A stretch of 63,978 bases of DNA, the filler included, from Stramenopiles sp. TOSAG23-6 (taxonomy: Eukaryota), in the NCBI GenBank assembly GCA_900128565.1. It is 4 parts of 4 records of this genome, joined end to end, with 100 filler letters (N's around TTAATTAATTAA, not from the genome) between each part and the next. Parts side by side here need not be neighbours in the genome. Positions count along the whole stretch, not along the records: positions 1 to 17,174 come from LT636082.1; 3 more parts are not named here. The stretch is one strand, 5' to 3'. The translations under genes were made by a program, and so were the position numbers. Positions within the stretch are counted from its first letter, which is position 1, and each line of letters starts with the position of its first letter. Of the stretch, positions 1 to 10,468 are shown in pieces. The notes beneath the pieces were generated by a model. The model made no database searches. It was not told where the DNA came from and saw nothing but the letters and a program-made list of their open reading frames with translations.

Positions 1-129
1 TGGTTTCATCATGAATTTTAAATTTTTTTTTTTTTTTTTTTTTTGAGTGTTTCTCTCTACTTTACTTCGTTTTCGTACTACATTATACATTGTACTGCTA
101 AAGCGTGTTTTCTGGTCTACACTTTGAAT

Positions 130-275
130 GTATTAATGTTTCATTATATAACATTGATACATCATTTTCAAATTGAAATGTTTTTCATAGTTTCATTTGT
201 GTTTTCATATACAATTGAATACGATTTATACCTAACAAAAAAAAACAATTTTTGAAATATTTTTTTATAGTATAT
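130..275 (+). other. Probable family intron (GT...AT; an AG at 270 is the alternative acceptor)
   Basis: aat|GTATT...TTTATACCTAAC...GAAATATTTTTTTATAGTATAT|gcg joins LVYTLN to AVREDY in frame. Confidence 0.4.
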
Positions 276-741
276 GCGGTTAGAGAAGATTATATGGTCA
301 ACTGGATTCCTGAAGCACTTGAAGTTCATCGATGTGCAGGTTGTGCAGGTTTGTTTTCATCATGATTTTTTGTTTATTTTTTACTATGAAAATTTTTTAC
401 TTACGATTTTTTTACACCAAAAAAAAAAACCTTTTCACAATACATCTGTAAAAGATGAATTTCGTGCTACATTGAATAGTCACACAAATGACATTTCAGG
501 TGTAAGTCGAGGGGCATCTGGAATTTGGTTACTTACCAAAGGTTATGAAGAGCAAAATAATAATTCTCGTAATAATTTAAATAGTGATAATATTGGGGTA
601 TCAAATAATGGTACGAAAACTTGGTATCAGTGGTTTTTTTCAAATATATCGAGTGATTCATTGAATGCGAATAATAAAGTAGCAATAAAAAGTTCAGTGT
701 TTAATGCAAAAGATCACAAAATAGAAATTAGAATAGAATAA
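276..741 (+). CDS. 3' part of an unknown intron-containing gene (exons about 276-348 and 446-741; possible upstream exon ending at 129)
   Basis: Splicing 349-445 gives AVREDYMVNWIPEALEVHRCAGCA-AVKDEFRATLNSH...IEIRIE*. The 5' part lies outside the window. Confidence 0.55.
349..445 (+). other. Family intron, GT...AT (an in-frame AG 9 nt downstream is also possible)
   Basis: GTTTGTTTTCATCATGA...CTTTTCACAATACAT; the 3' end matches other family members. Confidence 0.6.
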
Positions 742-946
742 ATAAATAAAAAGTTCAGTTTTTAATGCAAAAGATCACAAAATAGAAATTAGAATATAAA
801 TTATATAATAAATGAATTATGCAATCAAACATATTGATAACATTTGGTACACTTGTGCTAGATTAAATTTTTAGTTTTTCAAAACAAATTTATTCATTTT
901 CAAATTATATAATTAATTTTCATCTAAAATTGTCGCTGTTAAACTT

Positions 947-1810
947 TTATATATGGAATTTTGTATTGTGAATATTATTAATAGGAACACCAATCATTGC
1001 AAGTCGTTCGGAAGATCGCTCAAGTTCCTTCATACGATTCTTTTTAACATTCTCGACGATGCCCTTACATCTACAATGTGAGAAAATATTTTTTGTAGTA
1101 CAATTTCAAAAAAAATGTTAGGTACAAAATTTCGTACGAAAAAAAATTGAAATTCATGATTTAAAAATAAAAACGTACCGTTTCACGTGTTCTCTCAAAA
1201 GGACAGACGTGGACGCAGATTTCCTTTTACCCTTCAGACTTATAGTAAGCATTTCTTCTGCCTCGTTGGATATATTTTTTGATTTTATATTTAAAATGTT
1301 GTTTTTATTTTTATCTTCAATCTCTACATTATTTCGATTTCCTTTTGGTTTGTGTCTATTCGAGCGTCTTGTATTATCAACTTTGGGTATAGATGAAGTT
1401 TCTATGGATGTATTCCTTGGTTTTGGTAATAGTGGGGGTAATTGTATGTTTCCTTCAATGGTATTATCTTGGATTGAAACACTTTCTAACATTTTTGGTG
1501 GTGGAATAATTCTTTCTGGATCGTTTTGGACCCAAGCTCGGGCTAACTGATAAAGACTTGCATCTTCAGGTAAATTCTTTAAACTTATTCTTCTATCAAA
1601 ATAAGTAAAGATTGTAGGAGGACGTAATAGATTTTTAGAAGAACTTTTACCAGTCCCATTGTCATTTCCAGCTGTATCAGCTGCTATACAAACCCCAAAA
1701 GGAGACATCTTACCTACTGAAGACGGAGGTGGCTGGGATTGGTCCTCATTTCCTGTACGAGTGGGCGTTCCCAAAGGAACTGTTGGTTGCGGCGCTGAAG
1801 GTTCTTCCAT
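947..1810 (-). CDS. LIN37: LIN37-like DREAM/MuvB complex subunit (exons 1810-1179 and 1070-947)
   Basis: FDRRISL...ASLYQLARAWVQNDP and LPP motifs; spliced C-terminus LLREHVKRCKGIVENVKKNRMKELERSSERLAMI resembles LIN37. Confidence 0.75.
1071..1178 (-). other. Family intron with canonical GT-AG ends
   Basis: GTACGTTTT...TTTCGTACGAAATTTTGTACCTAAC...CTCACATTGTAG; removal restores the frame. Confidence 0.85.
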
Positions 1811-2302
1811 TAAAGTCGTATGCCCCGTTTACGCACAATAACAAAAACTCAAAAAAAACAATGCAATAAAGATGCCAACATTAATAAATGGAATATTCGT
1901 AAAAGCCTTAAAAAGTTGTATATGTGACTTTTTCGAATCTCCAAATCTCAAAAATCGAATCTAAATTTATGAAAATCATTTATAATCATCTTGAAATTTT
2001 TTAAATTTTTTTTTAATTTTTTATTTGTGTTTACAGTACGTACCAAAGAACCTAACCCTAACCCAATTAACCCAGTTGGTTTTGAACTAAATTATGAAGA
2101 AAAAAAAATGATGAAAAATTTCTCAACAAGTCTGAGTCATTGTCTATTCCGAATACATTCTGTATTTCAATAAATAAATGTTTTTTTACATTTTTTCTAT
2201 TTTTGTAGATTATTTGTAGATTATTACTAGTAATAAGATACTAAAAATAATACTAAAATACTGAAAATTTTTTATCATTTTCTTTTATTATTGAATATCA
2301 TA

Positions 2303-3037
2303 CTAATTTGTTTCACTATGAATGATCTCCATCTTCCAACATCCATAGAAAGCGTTTACACCAATAGAAGTACCACTTGATATTGTTACTGTTTCTAATG
2401 ATGTACAATGTTCGAAGGCACATTCACCAATACTAGTGACACTATTTGGTATTACTACTGTTTCTAGTGATTCACAATTTCTGAAGGCATATTCACCAAT
2501 ACAAGTGACACTATTTGGTATTATTATTGATTTTAGTGATGTACAATCATAGAAGGCATATTCACCAATACTAGTTACACTATTCGGTATTATTATTGAT
2601 TTTAGTGATATACATTTTTCAAAGGCAGAACAATCAATTTTAGTGACACTATTTGGTATTATTATTGATTTTAGTGATGTACAACGACCGAAGGCACCTG
2701 CACCAATTCTAGTGACACTATTTGGTATTATTATTGATTTTAGTGATGTACAATCTTCAAAGCCACAGTAACCAACACTCATAATTTTATGTTGTAAATA
2801 GTCTTCAATAACTCCCCATGGACCAATATTAAGTGCACCTCCAAATTGATAAAGACGCCACAAACTACTTGTTGTACTTTGGTGGTGACAACAGAGTAGT
2901 AAACAATGCATTTCTTGTTTACTGCGGTCAATGTTTGTCACTGTTTCCAACTCTTCCTTATATTCGGGATCAACTTTGATTACACCACTTTTTGAAATAA
3001 TAATACCATTATATGAAGATAGTATTGCATTAATCAT
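2303..3037 (-). CDS. BspA-type leucine-rich repeat protein (start uncertain)
   Basis: About six 23-aa repeats of the form CTSLKSIIIPNSVTxIGxxAF (69-bp tandem units). Confidence 0.85.
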   Translation of the reverse strand: MINAILSSYNGIIISKSGVIKVDPEYKEELETVTNIDRSKQEMHCLLLCCHHQSTTSSLWRLYQFGGALNIGPWGVIEDYLQHKIMSVGYCGFEDCTSLKSIIIPNSVTRIGAGAFGRCTSLKSIIIPNSVTKIDCSAFEKCISLKSIIIPNSVTSIGEYAFYDCTSLKSIIIPNSVTCIGEYAFRNCESLETVVIPNSVTSIGECAFEHCTSLETVTISSGTSIGVNAFYGCWKMEIIHSETN

Positions 3038-3372
3038 TTCTCTGAAAAACACTACCTTGTAATATATTATCTAGAAATAGCGAAGAACAGAACAAGGTTG
3101 ACTTGACGGAATGTCGTTTTGTGCAATAATAGTGTAGTGTCACAACAGCAAACGAAAAGGGATAGTAATAATACCACAGTTCGAATTTTTAATCGTAATC
3201 TCGAAAAATATCCTTAATTAATATCCCAAATCGGGCGTTTCTTATAATAAAAAATCCAATTTGCGAAATCAAATCAAATCAAAAAGACACGAAAAATGAA
3301 GTTACAGATTTTATATACAAAATATTATTAGTTTGTTCTCTCTCTGATAATCTCTCTCTGAGACTCTGTCTC

Positions 3373-4304
3373 TCAACACTCTCCGCAATCAACAATGAGA
3401 ACTTCATGTATTTTGGAAAAATATTTAAAAAAAAATTGTTAGGTACAAAATTTCGTATGAAAACCAAAAAAAAAAATAANTTNGAANTTCGAAATTGAAA
3501 ACGTACATGCTCTGTCCCTCCACTTCTACTTCCCACAGCTTCGATAGCTTTAACAACACTATACCCCTTGGTTACTTGACCAAATACCTGTGTTGATCAA
3601 AAATATATAAAATTGGACATTTGTTACGTACAAATTTTGGTACAAAAAAAAAAAAAAATTGAAAATTCCATAAAGAAAAAAAAAAAATCTTAGGTACAAA
3701 ATTTCGTATGAAAAAAATAAATTGAAAATTCCATAAAGAAAAAATACAGTATGTTTTCCATCAAGGTGCTGAGTCGCTTTTGTACATAAAAAAAATTGGC
3801 TTCCGTTTGTGTTCCTACCTGCATTTGCCATACTCAATATACCAGGACCAGTATGACGTAAATCAAAATTTTCATCATCAAACTTATTACCCTGTCGTGT
3901 AAAACATTTGTATGTAAAAATCAAATTTGTTAGGTACAAAACTTCATACGAAAAAAAAAATGAAATTCATGATGAAAACGTACATAGATACTTCGCCCAC
4001 CTGTCCCATTGCGATTCGTAAAATCACCACCTTGGCACATAAAATTAGGGATTACTCTATGAAAAGGCGACCCCTTGTAACCAAAACCCTTTTCACCGGT
4101 GCATAGAGCACGAAAATTTTCACTAGTCTTGGGGACAACATCAGGACGAAGTTCCATTTCAATCCGTCCGACGTCTTTCCCACCAATAGACATATCAAAA
4201 AATACTCTGGAAGAAGTCTTTGGTTCACCGAGTGGGAATGAATAACTTTCATCATCAGCAGGATTTGGAGTTGGTATTTCTCCTGAACTGAACACGCCCC
4301 CCAT
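3373..4304 (-). CDS. Cyclophilin peptidyl-prolyl isomerase, 192 aa, 4 exons (4304-3984, 3891-3748, 3587-3507, 3405-3373)
   Basis: [44 protein letters not shown] and C-terminal [20 protein letters not shown]-terminal MGGVFS fits a myristoylation motif. Confidence 0.95.
3406..3506 (-). other. Family intron with non-canonical GT-AT ends
   Basis: cat|GTACG...CCAAAATACAT|gaa gives the conserved V-x-I-x-D-C-G end; the next AG causes a frameshift. Confidence 0.85.
3588..3747 (-). other. Family intron (GT-AG) with an internally duplicated core
   Basis: Two copies of TCTTTATGGAATTTTCAATTT...TTTGTACSTAA; removal joins GKHT to VFGQV. Confidence 0.9.
3892..3983 (-). other. Family intron with GT-AG ends
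   Basis: tat|GTACG...TTTTGTACCTAAC...ACACGACAG|ggt joins GGRSIY to GNKFDDENF. Confidence 0.93.
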
Positions 4305-4563
4305 TTGTCTTTAAATTTCCTGGTGAAAACTTAGTGTGTAACAACAATGTGTTTTTTAGTCGAAGTCAACTTTTTTGGCCAAGTTTTTTGCGTGTCAATT
4401 TTTCGTTTTGTCAATTTGCAATTTATTAAATTTGAAATTTTGAATCGGTCAAAAAAGAAAAAAAAAAAATTTTTTTTTTGATGTTTCCAAAAATAATGTT
4501 TCAAAAGAGAGCAGCGTTTCCAAATATTTAGTAAAGCGATCGTTATTATTTAGTCTTCCATTC

Positions 4564-5277
4564 ATGCTTCTTGAAACTTTGGATTCTAATGGCACTTATA
4601 TCAAGGGATTATTTTTCTTTTATTTTTGGGTGAAGTATTATACGTCTATTCTCAGCCTTTTGAAGACGCTAGATTACGTTTGGCCTTTTCAACGCATTTC
4701 ACGTAATTGTGTTTCCGCAACTCACTGTATTGGTGTTGTTTTAATCATTAAATTATGGGGAAGGTCTGCTACGTATAATACCTTGGTACCATTTTCAGTG
4801 TCTTATTTTCTATGGGATATAGCATGTAGTTTTTATTGGGGTAAGAAACAACTTAAAAAGGATGTACCATATATTTGGCATCACTTTGTCGCCGTATGGA
4901 TGCTCGTCACTATGGCACGAGGTAGAAATATAAATGCCGGACTCTCGATATTATGGATTGGGGAACTATCAAATATACCTGGTTATATCGTATATCACTT
5001 AATACATACAAATTCGGACGGGTCGAATAATGACATAGTTAAACTATCTAGTCTCCTCCAATTGATAGTCTACGGATATTTTCGATGTTTTGTACTTACT
5101 AAAAATGTTCCCCTAATTTATGAAGAGGTAGAGGATGATATGCCTCTCGGTCCAGCTCTTGTAAGTGTTTGGCTAATGAGTCAAATATGGTTTATATTAC
5201 TTTTAAAGAAACAATTGGTGAAACAAAAGCCAACCCTTGATAATTCTACAGTAAACAAAACTCATAAAATTGAATAA
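4564..5277 (+). CDS. TLC (TRAM/LAG1/CLN8) domain membrane protein
   Basis: YFLWD, WHH, GELSNIP and YFR motifs with multiple hydrophobic segments. Confidence 0.75.
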   Translation: MLLETLDSNGTYIKGLFFFYFWVKYYTSILSLLKTLDYVWPFQRISRNCVSATHCIGVVLIIKLWGRSATYNTLVPFSVSYFLWDIACSFYWGKKQLKKDVPYIWHHFVAVWMLVTMARGRNINAGLSILWIGELSNIPGYIVYHLIHTNSDGSNNDIVKLSSLLQLIVYGYFRCFVLTKNVPLIYEEVEDDMPLGPALVSVWLMSQIWFILLLKKQLVKQKPTLDNSTVNKTHKIE

Positions 5278-5400
5278 AATAATTTTATAAAGTCGACATA
5301 ATATCATATTTCAAAAATAATTTCAACTAGAAAATAATGCGAAAATAATATAGCTATCGATACAATGTTATATTTTCATCTGCGATGTATCCTACTATAC

Positions 5401-8400
5401 CTATTTTTTCTTCTTTTTCTTCTTTGTTGTTTTACTCCTAAGATTTCCAGTGTTTGACATACCAACGCTGGATGACATTGTTGCGCTTGAGTCAACAGAC
5501 CTGTCTTCTGGGAGAGATGCAGACTCAGAATCGTCAGTTTGAGCTTGAGAGCCCAACGATCTGACTTGACTACCATCGCGTCTCTTCAGACCTAACCAAT
5601 CTAAATGTATGTCATGGTATTGAGCAGCACGTACAAGATTAGTAGAAAAGTTTGCAAATCCCCACTTCAATTGACCTAAAAGTTTGAAAAGGTTTCCAAA
5701 TTTTTCACCATTCGAAAATTCTACGTCTCCACGAATTTTAGATGACCGTTCATAGACTGGTTTTCCTTCATCAGCTTCAACAATTTTTATCACGGATTCT
5801 AGCAATGCGTTAAACTTAAACGTAATATCTCTATACTTATTCAGTACTGCCGATGGAAGTTCTTTACTCATTTCTTTGCCATCTTTTGATTGAGGATACG
5901 CCCAAGGATTTGGTTTGTAACGAGGGTCACTCTTGTCAGCTACAGAAATAACCAACTTACCATCAGGTGTTCTACGCATTACAGTACCATATTTCAAAAC
6001 AACATCACTTCGATACGCTGCAATAATTGCAAGATCCACATATGAAATTACTTTTATTACCATGGAAATGGAGGAAATTTCAAACTTACTTTGTATCAGT
6101 TGTTGAAGTCTATCTGTTTCTTCCGGGAACATAACAGTCATATCTTGGGTCATATCTATAGTCACAGTATCCGACTTTGTTTCTTTTGCGTTTTGTTGAA
6201 ATTCTAAGAAGGCGAGAACGACGTCTATTATCTCCTGAAGTTTGGCGTCAATTTCAGGTGTGAGACCATCTGGTAATAAAGGATTTGCTTTTAAATTCCT
6301 GTCACTCTGAATAATCTGAAGTATATTTTCTTTTTGATGTACATTTTTACTTCTTTGCAAAAGTTTTTTCGTAAAACGGTTATTTGATAAATTTGGATCA
6401 TGTGCCAATAAACTTGGAATATCTGGAGCGGTAATAGTAACTGTATTACCGTGAGACCTTGATATTTTAAATATATGGCCAATATTTAATTCCGAACCAT
6501 CATCAAATGACCGTAGGTGATTTATACCATAACTTGGATTTAATTCATTTAACTCTTCGTAAGATCTCCTCAATTGCTTTAGAACTTCAAAAGTATGTAA
6601 AAAATGCTTCATAAATGCCACGTCATTTGTCGAATATTGACCATTTCCGATTAAACTTAAATTATTCTTACCAATGCGAATTGTCGCAGTTTGTTTCTCG
6701 AAACCTCTCATTCCAACGACATATTCTAAAACAAAAGAAATATCTCCGTTTACATCACTTACACTGACCACTTCTGCAATGCGTTCATTGAACGAAGCAT
6801 AACCAGCTTTCAATTTCAAATTTGCATGTTTCACATCCATTCGTTTACCTTTGTGGACAACTTGATAACGTCCAGCAACTTCATCATATTTCACGATAGT
6901 TGCGGACTTTCCATTTAATCTTTTACCTTGGGTACTGCAGAGTCCTATAACAGTTACTTCGGTACCATTTTCATACACAAAATTCGCATTATATTCAAAG
7001 TCTGGTGAAAAGTTTTCAATTCGAAGAAATTGCCCAACCAAACGAGTGGCATCCTCTAAATTTGTTACTTCTACAGGTTTAGGAGGCCGACGAAAGTGTA
7101 AGTCGTCATCACTAAATCTTCCAACAATTGCATCGCCCCAAAATTCCCAATGTCGCTCGAATGTAGGTATACCCAAAAGTTCCTTCATAAACAATTCGTC
7201 TTCAATTACGTTACCCAACACTGAATTTGTCAAAGCGGCATCTGGATATAAATAAGCATCATCTAGATTAGCAGAAAAAAGAAAATCGTACATTATATCT
7301 CCTCTTCGATAAATTTCAGCAAACCAACCGCCAAACTTAAGACGAATCACCTGCATTAATTTTTCGCCTTCTTCTCGTGTACCTGCAATGGAATGCGCGT
7401 TTTCTCCAATTTCCAGAAGAAAGTAATAAAATCTCATGATTGAAATAGCAAATTCCTTTTTTTGCCTCTGAACGGTGAAATTGTGTGAAGTGTATAATAA
7501 TCCAATATCATAATGTTTCCATGTTTCAAATAGATAGAATTCAAAATCTGTGAGGAGCTCTTGCAACCAATTATCAGCAGCATTTGCATAAGCAATGCTT
7601 GGGCAATTATGTTTCAGAATAAAGATCAGTTCAATACTTTGGCGCCAAAACATTTCACGCTGATTCATGATATATTGGTATAGATCTTTATCTAAATGTT
7701 CGGCATATGAATCAACAAACAAGGACCAAATATTAACACCAAGTCCTTTTTCTCGAAGATACTCTTCTTTGAAATACTTGGGATGCGACATAGACAAATT
7801 TCTCGTTGCTTGAATAAGGATAATCCATAAATTTGACACTGAAACTTCACCCATGTCTTCCATATGTTCTGGTTCATGTGCTGGTTCGGCGACAAGGCTG
7901 GTAGCAATATCGTCTGACACTGACTCGAGGTGTACCAAAATTTTGTATGATTCCGATGGTACAAATTCCATTTGTTGGACCCATTGTTGATCATCCGTTT
8001 TTCCTGTCAAATCTGGTTCTGGTTCTGGTGTCACATGGTCAGCATTTTCAATAGTTTTTGTTAGTCCGATGAATTCTTCAAGATCAGCTTTCAAACGTTT
8101 CAGCATAATAAAGTAAATTTCAGAACCTTCCTCCCATACTCCAGGACTGATTGTTTTGATTTTCTTCCAACGTTGTAAGAGTTCTAAACTTATAGCTTTA
8201 GCCATAGCTTGTTTTTCTTCTTCTGTTGCTTCAGTTGCTTCTGCGTCAGTGACAACTTTATGTGCTGCTTCAGCAAATGTTGGGGAAACTTCCTCCTTTG
8301 CTAGTATTGTTGCTGTTGCTGTTGATGTTGCCACTCCACCATCAGAATGAGTAGAATAATCGTGCTTGCTTGTTACTTCTTTCAGATTTTCCTTTTTAAC

Positions 8401-9417
8401 AGACACCGATTTTTTTCTGTCTGGTATAACAACTTCGTACCGATCGCGCTTTTTCAAATATTTGCGGATTGTACCAGACTTACCGTTGAGTTCTTTAACC
8501 GCATCTGACTTAAGTCCAGTTATTTCTACAACTGTGCCTTCCTCAAGTATTTCAGCTTCCACGGCTTCATTTCGAAGATTTTCAGCCTCCATTTCTATTC
8601 GAAGTTGTTCAGCCTTCATGGATTCTTTTAGTTTTTCTTTTTGAAGTTTTTCAGCCTCCACGGCTTCTTTTCGAAGTTTTTCAACCTCCATGGCTTCTTC
8701 CCGAAGTTTTTCTTCGAATTTCTCCCTTCTTACTTTACGTTCCATCTCCTCATATATGTTTCGCCATTCTACCTCAGAGGTAACTTTCCGTTTCTTTCTT
8801 TTTGAACTTTGATCATTCTGCGGTTGTCGCATTTCCTGAGGTCCTTGTTGTAGCTGTTTCAGCTGTTTCAACTTATCAACCAGTTCAAATATTGCTTCAT
8901 TGAAACAACGATGCATTTCTCTCAGTTTATACGTCAAAATGTGATCAATTTTATGTTTTTGCCCATGCGGGAAATGATACGTAAAACCACCACCTGTGAA
9001 CTCCTGAATATGTCCTCCTTTATCGGAACTGGTGGCAACATAGAGATTAAAATGCGTTCCGTCGGGATGTGCTTTCAAATTGTTTACGAAGCCCATCGAA
9101 TTGAAGAACTTTATATTTTCTGGGTTTGATTTTCCTACAGAAATGAAGCTGTTGGAGGAAATCTTTTCATTCGTCGCTTTCAAATGCTTCTCCAGAACTA
9201 TCAACTCTTCCTGCTTCTTGAGTAATGCATTGATGATGGCTTGGGTGTCGGCGATGTTTTCTCCTGCATTTGCTTCGTGTGTTTTCCTTGAGTCTTTGGG
9301 TTGTTTACTTCTATATACCTTTGGTTTACCTCGGCTTCCCTTTTTCTTCATACCTTGAGTGTTTTTAATAGTAAATAAAACACATGACAAGAATAAGACT
9401 GAAATAAATCGCGCCAT
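5401..9417 (-). CDS. Large predicted secreted protein with two copies of a ~55-aa V-x-I/V-x-GL-x-S...LNGKS...RY-x-V...VK-x-x-NL module and a charged coiled coil
   Basis: Long ORF with first ATG at 9417 followed by hydrophobic signal-like MARFISVLFLSCVLFTIKNTQG; poly-Lys C-terminus. Confidence 0.75.
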   Translation of the reverse strand: MARFISVLFLSCVLFTIKNTQGMKKKGSRGKPKVYRSKQPKDSRKTHEANAGENIADTQAIINALLKKQEELIVLEKHLKATNEKISSNSFISVGKSNPENIKFFNSMGFVNNLKAHPDGTHFNLYVATSSDKGGHIQEFTGGGFTYHFPHGQKHKIDHILTYKLREMHRCFNEAIFELVDKLKQLKQLQQGPQEMRQPQNDQSSKRKKRKVTSEVEWRNIYEEMERKVRREKFEEKLREEAMEVEKLRKEAVEAEKLQKEKLKESMKAEQLRIEMEAENLRNEAVEAEILEEGTVVEITGLKSDAVKELNGKSGTIRKYLKKRDRYEVVIPDRKKSVSVKKENLKEVTSKHDYSTHSDGGVATSTATATILAKEEVSPTFAEAAHKVVTDAEATEATEEEKQAMAKAISLELLQRWKKIKTISPGVWEEGSEIYFIMLKRLKADLEEFIGLTKTIENADHVTPEPEPDLTGKTDDQQWVQQMEFVPSESYKILVHLESVSDDIATSLVAEPAHEPEHMEDMGEVSVSNLWIILIQATRNLSMSHPKYFKEEYLREKGLGVNIWSLFVDSYAEHLDKDLYQYIMNQREMFWRQSIELIFILKHNCPSIAYANAADNWLQELLTDFEFYLFETWKHYDIGLLYTSHNFTVQRQKKEFAISIMRFYYFLLEIGENAHSIAGTREEGEKLMQVIRLKFGGWFAEIYRRGDIMYDFLFSANLDDAYLYPDAALTNSVLGNVIEDELFMKELLGIPTFERHWEFWGDAIVGRFSDDDLHFRRPPKPVEVTNLEDATRLVGQFLRIENFSPDFEYNANFVYENGTEVTVIGLCSTQGKRLNGKSATIVKYDEVAGRYQVVHKGKRMDVKHANLKLKAGYASFNERIAEVVSVSDVNGDISFVLEYVVGMRGFEKQTATIRIGKNNLSLIGNGQYSTNDVAFMKHFLHTFEVLKQLRRSYEELNELNPSYGINHLRSFDDGSELNIGHIFKISRSHGNTVTITAPDIPSLLAHDPNLSNNRFTKKLLQRSKNVHQKENILQIIQSDRNLKANPLLPDGLTPEIDAKLQEIIDVVLAFLEFQQNAKETKSDTVTIDMTQDMTVMFPEETDRLQQLIQSKFEISSISMVIKVISYVDLAIIAAYRSDVVLKYGTVMRRTPDGKLVISVADKSDPRYKPNPWAYPQSKDGKEMSKELPSAVLNKYRDITFKFNALLESVIKIVEADEGKPVYERSSKIRGDVEFSNGEKFGNLFKLLGQLKWGFANFSTNLVRAAQYHDIHLDWLGLKRRDGSQVRSLGSQAQTDDSESASLPEDRSVDSSATMSSSVGMSNTGNLRSKTTKKKKKKK

Positions 9418-9687
9418 TTTGCTGTAGTAATAATACTGTAGCAAAATAGACTTACAAAGAGATTCAGTTAGTAAAGAGGGTCTCAGTTTATGATCCTCTT
9501 GAGTTCCTCCCGAACGGCTAACTGTTCCTGAATTGAACTGGCTCAATAAAATGGCAATAAATATATGTACAAACCTGTCGCTCTAACTTGAAAAAAAAAA
9601 ATGAACAAGTCGAACTGAATACTTTCTGTTTATTTATCATATCACACACAGCTGCTACTTACTGTAGTTAGTCGTAGAGACCTAACA

Positions 9688-10305
9688 ATGTCATCTTTCT
9701 TATCATTTATTGATGAGCTTGACTGCGAAGCCGAGCAGCTAACTCTTGGGAAAATTAGTCATGTTGAGTGTTCACCGATGCCAGCTGTGGCGCTAGCTAA
9801 AATAGAAGGTCAAAAGGTGACACAAGAAGAGATTGTTGCTGCGAGTAACAAACGTGCAGAGCAGCGTCAATTACTTCTCGAAATTTTTGATCAACATCTA
9901 CGAGTGTACGCAGACCATAATGAAGCTACGAGTGAAGTTCCTTCATCTGCTGACTACTTTAATGTTGCGCGTGAATGGTGTCGTGAACGTGATCTTTCTG
10001 TATTAGTTATTGATGGTTCTCCAAAGGAGAAATTGGAAAAGTTTTTCCAGCTTTTAGAAGACATGGGAATGGATGATGTTGAAGAACTAGCCGAAGATAG
10101 AGATACTTTAGAGTTGCTTTGTAGTTCATTAGATCGAATGAAGATGTATTCTTCTGTGCCGATGTCGGCATGGGATGCATCGAGGCCTTTGCATTTTGAC
10201 ATGGCAGACTGGGTAACATTTAAAAAGTTATTTAAGATTGGAATTGCCAAAAATGGTGACTTTTATGATAGTACAAATTATGACCAAAATCTTCCTGAAA
10301 ACTAA
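9688..10305 (+). CDS. Hypothetical protein
   Basis: 205-aa ATG-initiated ORF with globular composition. Confidence 0.65.
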   Translation: MSSFLSFIDELDCEAEQLTLGKISHVECSPMPAVALAKIEGQKVTQEEIVAASNKRAEQRQLLLEIFDQHLRVYADHNEATSEVPSSADYFNVAREWCRERDLSVLVIDGSPKEKLEKFFQLLEDMGMDDVEELAEDRDTLELLCSSLDRMKMYSSVPMSAWDASRPLHFDMADWVTFKKLFKIGIAKNGDFYDSTNYDQNLPEN

Positions 10306-10468
10306 CAGACCAGAAATTTCTAAATATAAATTACCATATAAGTCAAATGTACATTGCACACATATAATAATAAATGAATTATTTTACTTTCTATAGTTTT
10401 ATAGTTTTTAAAGTTTAGAGAATTTATATATATTCGAATTGTTTTAAAGATGACATTATTATATAAAT

